Part shown: positions 1-8,631 of the stretch, one piece after another
How the letters are laid out: each line of letters begins with the position of its first letter
How positions within the stretch are numbered: the first letter of the stretch is position 1
Origin: Akkermansia muciniphila ATCC BAA-835
Lineage (GTDB): Bacteria; Verrucomicrobiota; Verrucomicrobiia; Verrucomicrobiales; Akkermansiaceae
Assembly: GCF_000020225.1 (NCBI RefSeq)
Contig: NC_010655.1
Span: 300,001 to 332,000, forward strand
Direction of reading: 5' to 3'
DNA: 32,000 bases
Position numbers and translations under genes: made by a program
The notes under the pieces: model-generated
The model's database searches: none
What the model was told of the DNA's origin: nothing
Seen by the model: only the letters and a program-made list of their open reading frames with translations

Positions 1-1044
1 CTCGCGGCGCAGGGCCCCATCCCCGCGGCGGCCGCGGAAGCCATCTCCACGACGATGAAAATCTCCGCGGCGGTCACGGGAACGGAAGCCGGAATCTCCC
101 CGGAAATATCCATCTTCCTTGACTTCACGTTCATCCTCCGTCTCCACAAAACGAGTCTTCATTTCCGGAGTAGGTTCATAAGAATCGCCAGCTTCAAAAT
201 CTTCCGGATTAAACACATAATCCTCATCGGAATCAACGCCTCTTCCGCCCTGCTCACCCTTGGCGCCCCCCCCGGCGACAAGCTGGGAAGCACCCAGGTA
301 TTTACGCTGGCGGGGAGGATTTTTCAGTGACAGAGCCACGTCCGCATCATCCAGGAATTTCCAGCCCCCGGGTTCCAAGTCCCCTCCCCACAGGGAGCCG
401 ATGCGCACGCGCACCAACTTGCGGACACGAAGGCCCAGGCACTGGAACATTTGACGCACCTGACGCTTCAACCCCTGTTCCAAAACAATGCAGGCACGGC
501 GCGCGGAAGCGCGGCAAACATATTTGGCCTTGGCATTTCCCTCCGGAATGCGTACTCCGCGCAAAAACTGCATCAGTACGGAATTATCAAAATTCTGATC
601 TACCGTCACCCAGTACTCCTTTTCTATGCCGCCGGTAGGATGGGAAAGAACCTGGGTCAATTCCCCCTTATTCGTCATAATCAGAAGACCTTCGGAATCG
701 GCATCCAGCCGTCCCACATAATTCAGATGGCGCAGGCGCGGCGGCAGCAGGTCGTAAACAGTACCTATGGCTCCCTGCGCTTCGCGGCTGCACACATACC
801 CGCGGGGCTTGTTCAACAGCACCACAACCTCTTCCATAGGGGTCATATGGCGGCCGTCCACCTTCACGAAATCCTTCTCCGTCACCCTCATCCCAGGCGT
901 ATCGATAACCTTCCCGTTCACTTCCACACGTCCTTCCCCAATCAGCCTGTCGGCCACCCGGCGGGAGTCAATGCCGCAGGAAGCCAGGAATTTATTAATG
1001 CGGATACCTCCGTTTTCTTCGGAGCCATGTTGTTCTTCACTCAT
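1..1044 (-). CDS. rluB: Pseudouridine synthase, RsuA/RluB family, with S4 domain and Arg/Gly-rich C-terminal tail; 3' end runs off the window
   Basis: Absent from the ORF track because it is open at the window edge. Reverse complement from ATG 1044..1042 reads MSEEQHGSEENGGIRINKFLASCGIDSRRVADRLIGEGRVEVNGKV (S4 motif), then VVLLNKPRGYVCS and NYVGRLDADSEGLLIMTN (catalytic Asp motif). No stop down to base 1. The tail reads ...YFRGDSGFRSRDRRGDFHRRGDGFRGRRGDGALRRE. Confidence 0.85.
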   Translation of the reverse strand, partial: MSEEQHGSEENGGIRINKFLASCGIDSRRVADRLIGEGRVEVNGKVIDTPGMRVTEKDFVKVDGRHMTPMEEVVVLLNKPRGYVCSREAQGAIGTVYDLLPPRLRHLNYVGRLDADSEGLLIMTNKGELTQVLSHPTGGIEKEYWVTVDQNFDNSVLMQFLRGVRIPEGNAKAKYVCRASARRACIVLEQGLKRQVRQMFQCLGLRVRKLVRVRIGSLWGGDLEPGGWKFLDDADVALSLKNPPRQRKYLGASQLVAGGGAKGEQGGRGVDSDEDYVFNPEDFEAGDSYEPTPEMKTRFVETEDEREVKEDGYFRGDSGFRSRDRRGDFHRRGDGFRGRRGDGALRRE

Positions 1045-1141
1045 ATTGGTATAATGTCCGCTATCTCAGCGGATGATTTTGTATTGTTTATATTACGGCA
1101 ATTCACATCCTCAAAAAGAGGAGGCTTTCTTTTGCCGGAAG

Positions 1142-1176
1142 AAAAAAGCCTCTCGGTTCATAGACATCCGAGAGGC
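1142..1176 (-). terminator. Rho-independent terminator after the small basic protein gene
   Basis: 9-bp stem gcctctcgg (1148-1156) / ccgagaggc (1168-1176). It is followed on the minus strand by a T6 run (forward A-run 1142-1147). Confidence 0.6.
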
Positions 1177-1247
1177 TTCCTGTATTAGGAAAATGACTTG
1201 CCGTGCAAACTCCGCCGGGAAACTCTCCGGAGAGGATAAAGACAAGC

Positions 1248-1403
1248 TTAAGCTTCATGCTTGGTCTTCGGCAGGCCGAGAGGGCTTTGGCCCTTCTTCC
1301 ATTCGCCGCGTTCCTTCAGAAGCTTGACACGTTCAAAACGCTTCAGGACGGAACGCTTGCCGCCTACGGTACCGGTTGCTTTGAGGCTGGAATGTTTGGA
1401 CAT
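1248..1403 (-). CDS. Small basic protein, 51 aa (resembles the TIGR04137-type small basic protein of PVC bacteria and Leptospira)
   Basis: Hand-translated, too short for the ORF track: MSKHSSLKATGTVGGKRSVLKRFERVKLLKERGEWKKGQSPLGLPKTKHEA, then TAA at 1250..1248. The KR.VLKRFERV..L..RG.W....S..GLPKTK pattern matches my recollection of that family. It has its own terminator. Confidence 0.6.
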   Translation of the reverse strand: MSKHSSLKATGTVGGKRSVLKRFERVKLLKERGEWKKGQSPLGLPKTKHEA

Positions 1404-1524
1404 GATCTTGTGTTTGTAAAAGGTTCAGAAAAATACTTTACACCACCCTTTCAGTGGCAGGCGGGATTTTATAACGGAAGGTTCCGAACTTGGCAAGAGA
1501 AATTTGGCGCAATAGCCAAATATA

Positions 1525-2244
1525 TCACTCTGTGGCATCCCCCGGATGCGATTCCAGCCACTTCCTCCACAAATCCGGACGGTTCAGGCGCGTACGCTCC
1601 AGAGACTTCCCGTGCTTCCATTTTTCAATGGCGGGGTGATTGCCGCCCAGCAAAATCTCCGGAACAGCCAGGCCCCGGAACACGTTCGGCTTAGTATAGG
1701 CGGGAGCCTCCAGCAAACCGTTGGAAAAAGATTCCTCCACGGAAGAACGCTCATCCCCCAGCACGCCGGGAATCAGGCGCGCTACGGCGTCAATTACCAC
1801 CACAGAGGCAATGGCCCCGTTCGTGAGAATATAGTCCCCGATGGACAATTCCATATCCACCAGCTCTTCTACTACACGATGGTCCACCCCCTCATAATGA
1901 CCGCAGAGGATAATGAGATGGCCTCCGGAGGCAGCCAATTCCGCGGCCAATGACTGGTTGAACGTACGGCCCTGAGGAGTCATCAGCACAACGCGGGTTT
2001 CCCGCCGGCGAAGTTCCTCTACGGCGGCAAAGATAGGTTCCGGCTTCAGCAGCATGCCCTGCCCCCCTCCGCAAAGGTAATCGTCCGTTTTGCGGTGCTT
2101 GTCCGTCGTCCAGTCACGGATATTATGGCAGCGTATCTCCAACAATCCCCTGTCACGGGCCTTTCCCAGAATGCTGCCGCCAAGAGGGGCTTCCACCATA
2201 TCCGGGAACAGGGACAAAACGTCAATCATCAGTTTGGCGGCCAT
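1525..2244 (-). CDS. trmD: tRNA (guanine37-N1)-methyltransferase TrmD
   Basis: 239-aa ORF. MIDVLSLFPDM...ILGKA N-terminus, ILCGHYEGVDHRV and SIGDYILTNGAIA motifs typical of TrmD. The start may be the internal ATG at 2229. Confidence 0.92.
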   Translation of the reverse strand: MAAKLMIDVLSLFPDMVEAPLGGSILGKARDRGLLEIRCHNIRDWTTDKHRKTDDYLCGGGQGMLLKPEPIFAAVEELRRRETRVVLMTPQGRTFNQSLAAELAASGGHLIILCGHYEGVDHRVVEELVDMELSIGDYILTNGAIASVVVIDAVARLIPGVLGDERSSVEESFSNGLLEAPAYTKPNVFRGLAVPEILLGGNHPAIEKWKHGKSLERTRLNRPDLWRKWLESHPGDATE

Positions 2245-2256
2245 AAGAAAAAAACA

Positions 2257-3376
2257 TCAGCGTTCGCGCTTATGGCCGCGCAGCATGGCCTCAATGAACG
2301 GATCCAGGTTGCCGTCCATCACGTCCTGAATATTGCCGGACTCTACGCCTGTGCGCAAATCTTTCACCATTTGATAAGGCTGGAAAACATAGGAACGGAT
2401 CTGGTTGCCCCACCCGATGTCTCCCTTCTCACTGTACTGGCGGTCGGCTTCCGCCTGCTTTTTGTCTTCCTCAATCTGGTATAGCTTGGCACGCAGCATA
2501 TTCATAGCCTCTTCCTTGTTACGAAGCTGGCTGCGCTCATTCTGGCAGGCCACGATCACACCGGAAGGAATATGCGTGATACGCACGGCGGTTTCCACCT
2601 TGTTCACGTTCTGGCCGCCCTTGCCGCCGGAACGGTAGGTATCCACCTTCAAATCCTTGTCCAGGATCTCAATATTGATGGAATCAGAAACTTCCGGCGT
2701 CGCGTCCAGGGAAGCGAAAGAAGTATGTCTCTTCCCGGCGGAATCAAAGGGAGAAATGCGCACCAGCCGGTGGATGCCGCGTTCATTCTTCAAATATCCG
2801 TAGGCATACTCTCCATCCACCTTCAATGTCACGGAACGAATGCCGGCGTCATCCCCGTCCGTACTCTCCAAATACGTCACGGAAAATCCCCGGCGCTCAC
2901 ACCAGCGGATATACATGCGCAATAACATGGATGCCCAGTCACAGGCTTCCGTGCCGCCGGCTCCGGCGTGGATGGTTACATAACAGGAAGCCTGGTCCTG
3001 CGGTCCGTTCAGCAGGGTCAGCAATTCAAAATCCGCCAGAGACTTCTGCCATCTGGCAAACTCTTCCACAGCCTCCCGGCCCAGGTCATCGTCATCCGCC
3101 TCCTGAGCCAGCTCAATAGCAGCGTCAATATCCTCCAGACGGGACTTCAGCGCGGAAAACGCCTCCATCCTGTGTTTCAGGGGATTCACCTCCGCCATCA
3201 GCGCCCGTGCGGCATTCTGGTCATCCCAGAAATCCGGGGCGCTCATGCGTTCATCCAATTCGGCTACTCGTTGTTGAATGCCGTCCAGGTCAAAGATAGC
3301 TCCCGAGCTCGGAAAGACGGCTATGCAGGACAGCCGTGTCGAGCGCCGAGAGATCTGCAGCGATATGGGGATCCAT
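2257..3376 (-). CDS. prfB: Peptide chain release factor 2, made from two frames by programmed +1 frameshift
   Basis: Frame 0 from ATG 3376..3374: MDPHIAADLSALDTAVLHSRLSELGSYL, then TGA at 3292..3290 within GGGAGC TAT CTT TGA C. The +1 frame continues DLDGIQQRVAELDERMSAPDFWDDQ... through the SPF and GGQ motifs (RISPFDSAGKRHTSFA, RSGGKGGQNVNKVETAVRITHIPSG) to the stop at 2257. The 378-aa track ORF with its GTG start at 3393 is an artefact of the +1 frame staying open upstream. Confidence 0.93.
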
Positions 3377-3721
3377 GCGCGGGAACCTATCACGAATTAC
3401 CTGGACGGAAAAGGGCAAAATGCCGTTTCTCCCAGTCATCCTCTTTTACTCCGACTCGCACCGGGCCATTTCCAAGAATAATAACACTCCGCACGCTGAA
3501 CAAAACCGCTCCTCTTCCGCAGGAAGAACATCTAACAGGAAATGAATATTTCCGAAACCAAGCCCACTTCCCCATTTCAATGCCCCATGGGAAAAACAGC
3601 AGACAAAAACCTTATTTCATTCCCTTACCTTACATCACCGTCTTCTGCCCTTCCCCCTCTTTCCGGAATGTGGCTCGGCCATCCATATCCCCGGCTTCCC
3701 ATAAGAGAGCCCGGAGCCATG

Positions 3722-4123
3722 CTACTTGGCGGAATTTTCCTCTCCACCCTCAAAAGGGCGGATCCGGCAGGACCTGAGTTTTTCAATCTCCTCAAAAGTC
3801 ATGATGTGTTCTATCTGGCAAGCCACTTCATTGGCGCGTTCTTCCGGGAGGGCCAATTCCTCCCGCAGGAAATCAAACAGAATACCGTGGCTGACAATAA
3901 TTTTCCCGGCAATTCTGCGGCCTTGGGGAGTCAGCTTGACGGGAGCATACTGCGTATACTCCACCAGTCCCATATCCGCCAGTTGCTTGACGGCAGATGT
4001 AACGGAAGGCATCTTTACCTTAAGCATCTCTGCAATATCCCTCACCTGGGCCGTCCCGTTCTTTTCAGACAGCAACCCGATAGCTTCCAGATAATCCTCA
4101 TTGCTCTTGGTCAGCTCCAACAT
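3722..4123 (-). CDS. DtxR/MntR-family metal-dependent transcriptional repressor
   Basis: 133 aa. SNEDYLEAIGLL...VRDIAEMLKVKMPSVTSAVKQLADMGLV (winged HTH), then LTPQGRRIAGKIIVSHGILFDFL and EH metal-site/dimerisation segments typical of MntR/DtxR. Confidence 0.85.
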   Translation of the reverse strand: MLELTKSNEDYLEAIGLLSEKNGTAQVRDIAEMLKVKMPSVTSAVKQLADMGLVEYTQYAPVKLTPQGRRIAGKIIVSHGILFDFLREELALPEERANEVACQIEHIMTFEEIEKLRSCRIRPFEGGEENSAK

Positions 4124-4193
4124 GGTATAAAATGAAAGCTAATACTTTAGTGGAAACTAACTCAAGATTTTTTCCAGACTTCTTTGGAATGAG

Positions 4194-4228
4194 AAAAAAA
4201 CCGCCGCGAATATGACCATTCGCGGCGG
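4194..4228 (-). terminator. Rho-independent terminator of rpsA
   Basis: Perfect 11-bp stem ccgccgcgaat (4201-4211) / attcgcggcgg (4218-4228) with a 6-nt loop. It is followed on the minus strand by T7 (forward A-run 4194-4200). Confidence 0.8.
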
Positions 4229-4259
4229 TTAAATTAATCAGCGTAATACGAAAACGGGC

Positions 4260-5948
4260 TTACTTCTCTTCAGAAGGGCTCCACTCTTCGTTTTCACGGG
4301 TAGCCAGATTGAAGGCGTGTTCCAGACCCACCATATCGCTGCTCGGGCGGAGGGCTTCAAAGGAAGCGGTTTCGCGGCGGAGCTGTTCGGTGTCGTAATT
4401 GACGGCCTTGATGGAAAGGCCGATACGGCGTTCGATGCTGTCCACTTTGATCACGCGGGCAGTGATTTCATCACCCACCTTGATCACATCCTTCACGCGT
4501 TCCACATGGTCTTCGCTCAACTGGGAGATATGAATCAGGCCGTCAATATCGCCGTCCAGATTCACAAAGGCGCCGAAGCTGGCAATCTTGGCCACCTGGC
4601 CAGTCACCATATCGCCCACCTTGAAGCGGTCATTGATGGATTCCCACGGATCGGACTCAAGCTGCTTGATACCAAGGGAGACGCGCTGATCCTCCTTCTT
4701 GATTTCCAAAACGATGGCTTCCACTTCGTCGCCCTTCTTGAGAACTTCGGAGGGATGATTGATCTTGCGGGTCCAGCTCATATCGGACACGTGGATCATG
4801 CCGTCGATGCCTTCTTCCAGTCCCACAAAAGCGCCGTAGGGAGTAAGGTTGCGAACCTGGCCCTTGATGACGGTACCAATCGGGAAACGGGATTCGATAT
4901 CCGCCCAGGGATTGTCTTCCAACTGGCGGACACCGAGGGAAATCTTCTGTTCCTTCACAGAAATGGAAAGAACCACGGCTTCGATTTCCTGGTCCAGCTT
5001 CAATACATCGCTCGGACGGGTGATTCTCTTGACCCAGGACAATTCGGAAACGTGCACTAGGCCTTCCACGCCCTTTTCCAATTCCACAAAGGCGCCGTAA
5101 GGCAGGAGCTTGGTCACGCGGCCCTTGACATGGGAATTGATCGGGTATTTGCGTTCGATATCCGCCCAGGGGTTGTCTGTCATCTGCTTCAGGCCCAGGG
5201 AAACGCGTTCCTTTTCGCGATCCACTTCCAGAATCACGACTTCCAGGGACTGACCGATATGGAGCATTTCGCTCGGATGGTTCACGCGGCCCCAGCTCAT
5301 ATCCGTGATATGGAGCAGGCCGTCCATGCCGCGGAGGTCGACAAAAGCGCCGAAGTCCGTGATATTCTTCACGATACCTTCCACCTTGTCGCCTTCCTTG
5401 ACGGTTTCAAGGAAGCGCTGGCGCTGGTCGGCGCGTTCGGCTTCAATCACCTCACGGCGGGAAAGGACGATATTTTTACGGTCGTCATTTACCTTGACGA
5501 TCTTAAATTCGTAAACTTTTCCAACATACTCGTTCAGGTCGCGAGGAGGAATAATATCCACCTGGGAACCGGGCAGGAAAGCTTCCACGCCAACATTGAC
5601 CATAAGACCGCCCTTGACGACGCTCTTCACTTTACCCTTAACCAGGCCGCCATCGCGGTACACGCCCACGATCTTATCCCAGTTCTGCTTATGGGCGGCC
5701 TTTTCCTTGGAAAGGACGACGATGCCTTCGTCGTTTTCGAGGCGTTCCAAAAGGACTTCAATTTGGTCCCCCACTTCGATTTCCTCGTCTTCAAACTCGG
5801 AAATGGAAATAGCGCCTTCGGACTTGTAGCCGATGTCCACCAAAACGACTTGGGGACGGATTTCTTGGATGGTTCCGGTAACAATGGAACCTTCACGCAA
5901 TTCGCGGAACTTGCTGTCAATAAGTTCCGCCAGTTCAGTTGTGCTCAT
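4260..5948 (-). CDS. rpsA: 30S ribosomal protein S1
   Basis: 562 aa with six repeated S1 OB-fold modules (G.V..I..FGAFV.L..G.DGL.H.S....), the standard S1 architecture. Confidence 0.95.
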   Translation of the reverse strand: MSTTELAELIDSKFRELREGSIVTGTIQEIRPQVVLVDIGYKSEGAISISEFEDEEIEVGDQIEVLLERLENDEGIVVLSKEKAAHKQNWDKIVGVYRDGGLVKGKVKSVVKGGLMVNVGVEAFLPGSQVDIIPPRDLNEYVGKVYEFKIVKVNDDRKNIVLSRREVIEAERADQRQRFLETVKEGDKVEGIVKNITDFGAFVDLRGMDGLLHITDMSWGRVNHPSEMLHIGQSLEVVILEVDREKERVSLGLKQMTDNPWADIERKYPINSHVKGRVTKLLPYGAFVELEKGVEGLVHVSELSWVKRITRPSDVLKLDQEIEAVVLSISVKEQKISLGVRQLEDNPWADIESRFPIGTVIKGQVRNLTPYGAFVGLEEGIDGMIHVSDMSWTRKINHPSEVLKKGDEVEAIVLEIKKEDQRVSLGIKQLESDPWESINDRFKVGDMVTGQVAKIASFGAFVNLDGDIDGLIHISQLSEDHVERVKDVIKVGDEITARVIKVDSIERRIGLSIKAVNYDTEQLRRETASFEALRPSSDMVGLEHAFNLATRENEEWSPSEEK

Positions 5949-6252
5949 TTAAATGGTTGATGAGTTAGTATTAACGATCTTTCTCATGGCCCCTTATTGA
6001 CCGGCGGGCAATCGGGGCGCCTTCCCCCGCCGGGCGAAAAATCGGTTGCTTTCAATATCAGTTTCACACAAGAACTCAAGGCTTTTCTTGAAAAACTCCT
6101 CCCGATTTTTTACGGAACCTGTGGAGACCCTCTGGACGGCGGCAGAAAACGAGCGCACAAAAACCTTGTAGCACTTCCGTCCCATGTTAAATTCCGGCTA
6201 ATGGGAAAATGCAGGAATACCTGCATCTATCAGCCACTCCTGCCGCAAAACC

Positions 6253-6834
6253 ATGAAAAAAAACCTCCTTTACCTGCTCGCAGCGGGGCTGTCCGGAACA
6301 GCCTTCCTTCACGCCGCGGATACCGTCAAACTGGACCAGCCGGACCTGGAACGGGGAGCTCCGATCATGAAAGCCCTGTCCGACCGTCAATCCATTCGGA
6401 GCTTTTCTGAAAAAGCGCTATCCCAAAAAGATTTATCAGACCTGCTCTGGGCGGCCAATGGCATCAACCGTCAGGAATCCGGCAAACGTACAGCCCCGTC
6501 CGCCATGAACCGCCAGGACGTTAAAATTTATATATGCACTAAAAACGCCTCCTACCTCTATGACCACAAGGCCCACGCCATGATTCCCGTAAACGATGGG
6601 GACGTGCGCCCGGCGGATGCCCCCATATGTCTCATTCTTGTAACGGATACGGCGGAACCCTGGGCTGCCATGGACGCTGGCATTGTCTCCCAGAACATCT
6701 CCCTGTTCTGCTCCGGGACGGGACTGGCTACCTATCCGCGCGCCAGCATGAACAAGGATGCCCTGGCAAAGGCCCTGAAACTAACCTCTCCCCAAACACC
6801 CATGCTCTGTCATCCGGTAGGATATAAAAAATAA
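6253..6834 (+). CDS. Nitroreductase-family (FMN-dependent) protein with N-terminal signal peptide
   Basis: 193 aa. MKKNLLYLLAAGLSGTAFLHAAD looks like a Sec signal peptide. ALSDRQSIRSFSEKALSQKDLSDLLWAANGINR is the typical nitroreductase N-terminal RRS.R.F...L....L..LL.AA motif. Confidence 0.75.
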   Translation: MKKNLLYLLAAGLSGTAFLHAADTVKLDQPDLERGAPIMKALSDRQSIRSFSEKALSQKDLSDLLWAANGINRQESGKRTAPSAMNRQDVKIYICTKNASYLYDHKAHAMIPVNDGDVRPADAPICLILVTDTAEPWAAMDAGIVSQNISLFCSGTGLATYPRASMNKDALAKALKLTSPQTPMLCHPVGYKK

Positions 6835-6911
6835 CTACTTCCGGCTACATTCTCCGGACAGTCCGGAAAAGAAACCATCAGAAATGGAAATAAATTCCAC
6901 AACAGGCGGAA

Positions 6912-7388
6912 TTATGGTTCCGGCAAAATATCCATGTAGATGCCGGGAGAGCTCCCTTCAATAGGCATCGCGCCCACAGCCCGGGCATAAAAATCAGCCG
7001 GACCAACCCCGCCGATGACACCGTATGCATACCCCAGCTCCCGCAAACCTTTCAGGGCGGAAACCAATAGCACGGTGCCTAATCCGCTTCTGCGCACCTC
7101 TTCCGCCACTCCCATGGGGCCCAAAAAACCGCGAGCCGTTACATCGTAACAGGCAAAACCAAGAATCTTCTTCTCCCGTGTGGCAATATAACAGGAAATG
7201 GGCTGGCGGCCAAACGCGACTTTCGCCTCACTTACCCACTTGGGAGAAAAATTCCGGCCAACCCAGTCAGCTACCAAATGACGTTCGTAAGCACCCGGAC
7301 GGCGAATCAAAAAACCTTCCCGCTCCAGCCTCCTCAGGTCTTCTTCAATATCGGGCAAATCATACAGCCGCACCAGCATATCCATCAT
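6912..7388 (-). CDS. GNAT-family N-acetyltransferase
   Basis: 158 aa. GPMGVAEEVRRSGLGTVLLVSALKGLRELGY matches the acetyl-CoA binding motif A (Q/R-x-x-G-x-G/A). Confidence 0.8.
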   Translation of the reverse strand: MMDMLVRLYDLPDIEEDLRRLEREGFLIRRPGAYERHLVADWVGRNFSPKWVSEAKVAFGRQPISCYIATREKKILGFACYDVTARGFLGPMGVAEEVRRSGLGTVLLVSALKGLRELGYAYGVIGGVGPADFYARAVGAMPIEGSSPGIYMDILPEP

Positions 7389-7483
7389 AACCCCGGCACC
7401 GTATCACAACTAAGTGCCGTGGCGAATAAAAAAAACTGGACAAACCCATCTTTCAACCTTAGACTTTGCCGCACCACAAACAA

Positions 7484-7560
<77 letters not shown>

Positions 7561-7566
7561 ATTTCC

Positions 7567-7589
7567 AAGCCGCCTCCGGGCGGCTTTTT
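7567..7589 (+). terminator. Rho-independent terminator after tRNA-Pro
   Basis: Stem aagccgcc / ggcggctt with loop tccg, followed by a T-run (7585-7589). Confidence 0.65.
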
Positions 7590-7882
7590 GATTACTTATT
7601 TACTGATATAAAACAATTTTACTCATTAATAACTCTGCACTTCCCCTATTTTGCGCCAAGGCAAATAAACAGCATCATACTGATTGAATTTACCCTCCTC
7701 ACAGGAACAAAATCAAACGGGCAAATCTTCTCAATTAAGCCTGGAGGATGTCGGGGGTATTTACCGATGCAGAGGAAAAATTATCTATGCCCAATTCTCA
7801 CCCCTGTGCCAGGCAGCATCACAGCCGCTGCGGAAGTACTCTATAACATCCCCCTAAACAAAGGAGAATGAACCTCCTCCAC

Positions 7883-7914
7883 AAAAAAGCCCCGTTCATA
7901 TTTCATGAACGGGG
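7883..7914 (-). terminator. Rho-independent terminator of the amidase/secreted-protein operon
   Basis: 10-bp stem ccccgttcat (7890-7899) / atgaacgggg (7905-7914) with loop atttc. It is followed on the minus strand by T6 (forward A-run 7883-7888). Confidence 0.75.
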
Positions 7915-7953
7915 ATGAGTCAAACGAAGTCGAAGCAGGGAGATAAAACCGGG

Positions 7954-8532
7954 TTACTTGCCGGATTCCGGTTTGAAACGAGCTGCTTCCGATTCGGCGG
8001 TGATTTTTGCAGGCTCGATATGCAGGAGCTTTTTCATGGCACGGCCCGGGTCGCTCTCCGTCATCGGAAAATATCTGACGTGGTCGCCTAGGCTGTAGGA
8101 ATCCAGTCCATAAATGTTGTCAGCCGGAGTAAAATCTTCCGGTGTGTTCAGCAGTTTTTTTACCTCCTTTGAAGACGCAAGGACATAACTCAGATTACAA
8201 CTGGAATACAATTCCGTTTTAGGAGCGCTTCCCTTGGGAAGCTTATTGGCGTGCCCGTTCCACTTGACCAGAGCTTCTACAGGAATATCTCCCCGCAGCG
8301 ACTGAACGACGCGGGCATAGTGCGTCGTTCCCTGGTCAGTGGAGACTATTTTGTAAATGATAACAGACAGGACCACATCGCTTTTTTCTAAATTTCGGGC
8401 TGTACCCCTGAGAAAACTATCCTGTTCTACTTCGGCCTGCGTAGCAACATGGGAATAACGGTCTGGCTCTCCAAGGGCTACGGTTGAAAGTAATTCTGAA
8501 AACAGAATGCAAAGAAAAGAAACATACTTCAT
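7954..8532 (-). CDS. Exported hypothetical protein; candidate immunity partner of the upstream amidase
   Basis: 192 aa. N-terminus MKYVSFLCILFSELLSTVALG|EPD looks like a Sec signal peptide. I recognise no family motifs. It lies 99 nt downstream of the amidase gene on the same strand and shares its terminator. Confidence 0.6.
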   Translation of the reverse strand: MKYVSFLCILFSELLSTVALGEPDRYSHVATQAEVEQDSFLRGTARNLEKSDVVLSVIIYKIVSTDQGTTHYARVVQSLRGDIPVEALVKWNGHANKLPKGSAPKTELYSSCNLSYVLASSKEVKKLLNTPEDFTPADNIYGLDSYSLGDHVRYFPMTESDPGRAMKKLLHIEPAKITAESEAARFKPESGK

Positions 8533-8631
8533 ATGTATATATTAGATACTGATTTTTTGGTTTATATTCAATAAAAATAGGGCAAACACAAAAAATGTCC
8601 ACCCTATGAATATATTATTTAATATCAGTTA

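Noticed and set aside
451-1188. 245-aa plus-strand ORF, plus the nested ORFs at 55-638 and 767-1054
   Set aside because: They lie antisense to the clearly recognisable RluB-family gene and have low-complexity Arg/Pro/His-rich products with no motifs. These are shadow ORFs of GC-rich coding DNA.
1203-1694. 163-aa plus-strand ORF
   Set aside because: It overlaps the small basic protein gene and the 3' end of trmD on the opposite strand and has no recognisable motifs.
2968-3777. 269-aa plus-strand ORF, and the 61-aa minus-strand ORF at 3390-3575
   Set aside because: The first is antisense to prfB. The second overlaps the true prfB start and has a Cys/Arg-rich nonsense-like composition. The 345-nt gap between prfB and the DtxR-like gene shows no structure I could support.
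4317-5960. 247-aa and 276-aa plus-strand ORFs
   Set aside because: They are antisense to rpsA. Their repetitive Asp/His/Phe-rich products mirror the S1 repeats on the other strand.
6835-6911. Hairpin ttccgga-cag-tccggaa between the convergent nitroreductase and GNAT genes, as a bidirectional terminator
   Set aside because: The stem is only 7 bp and has no flanking T or A runs. This is insufficient to call.
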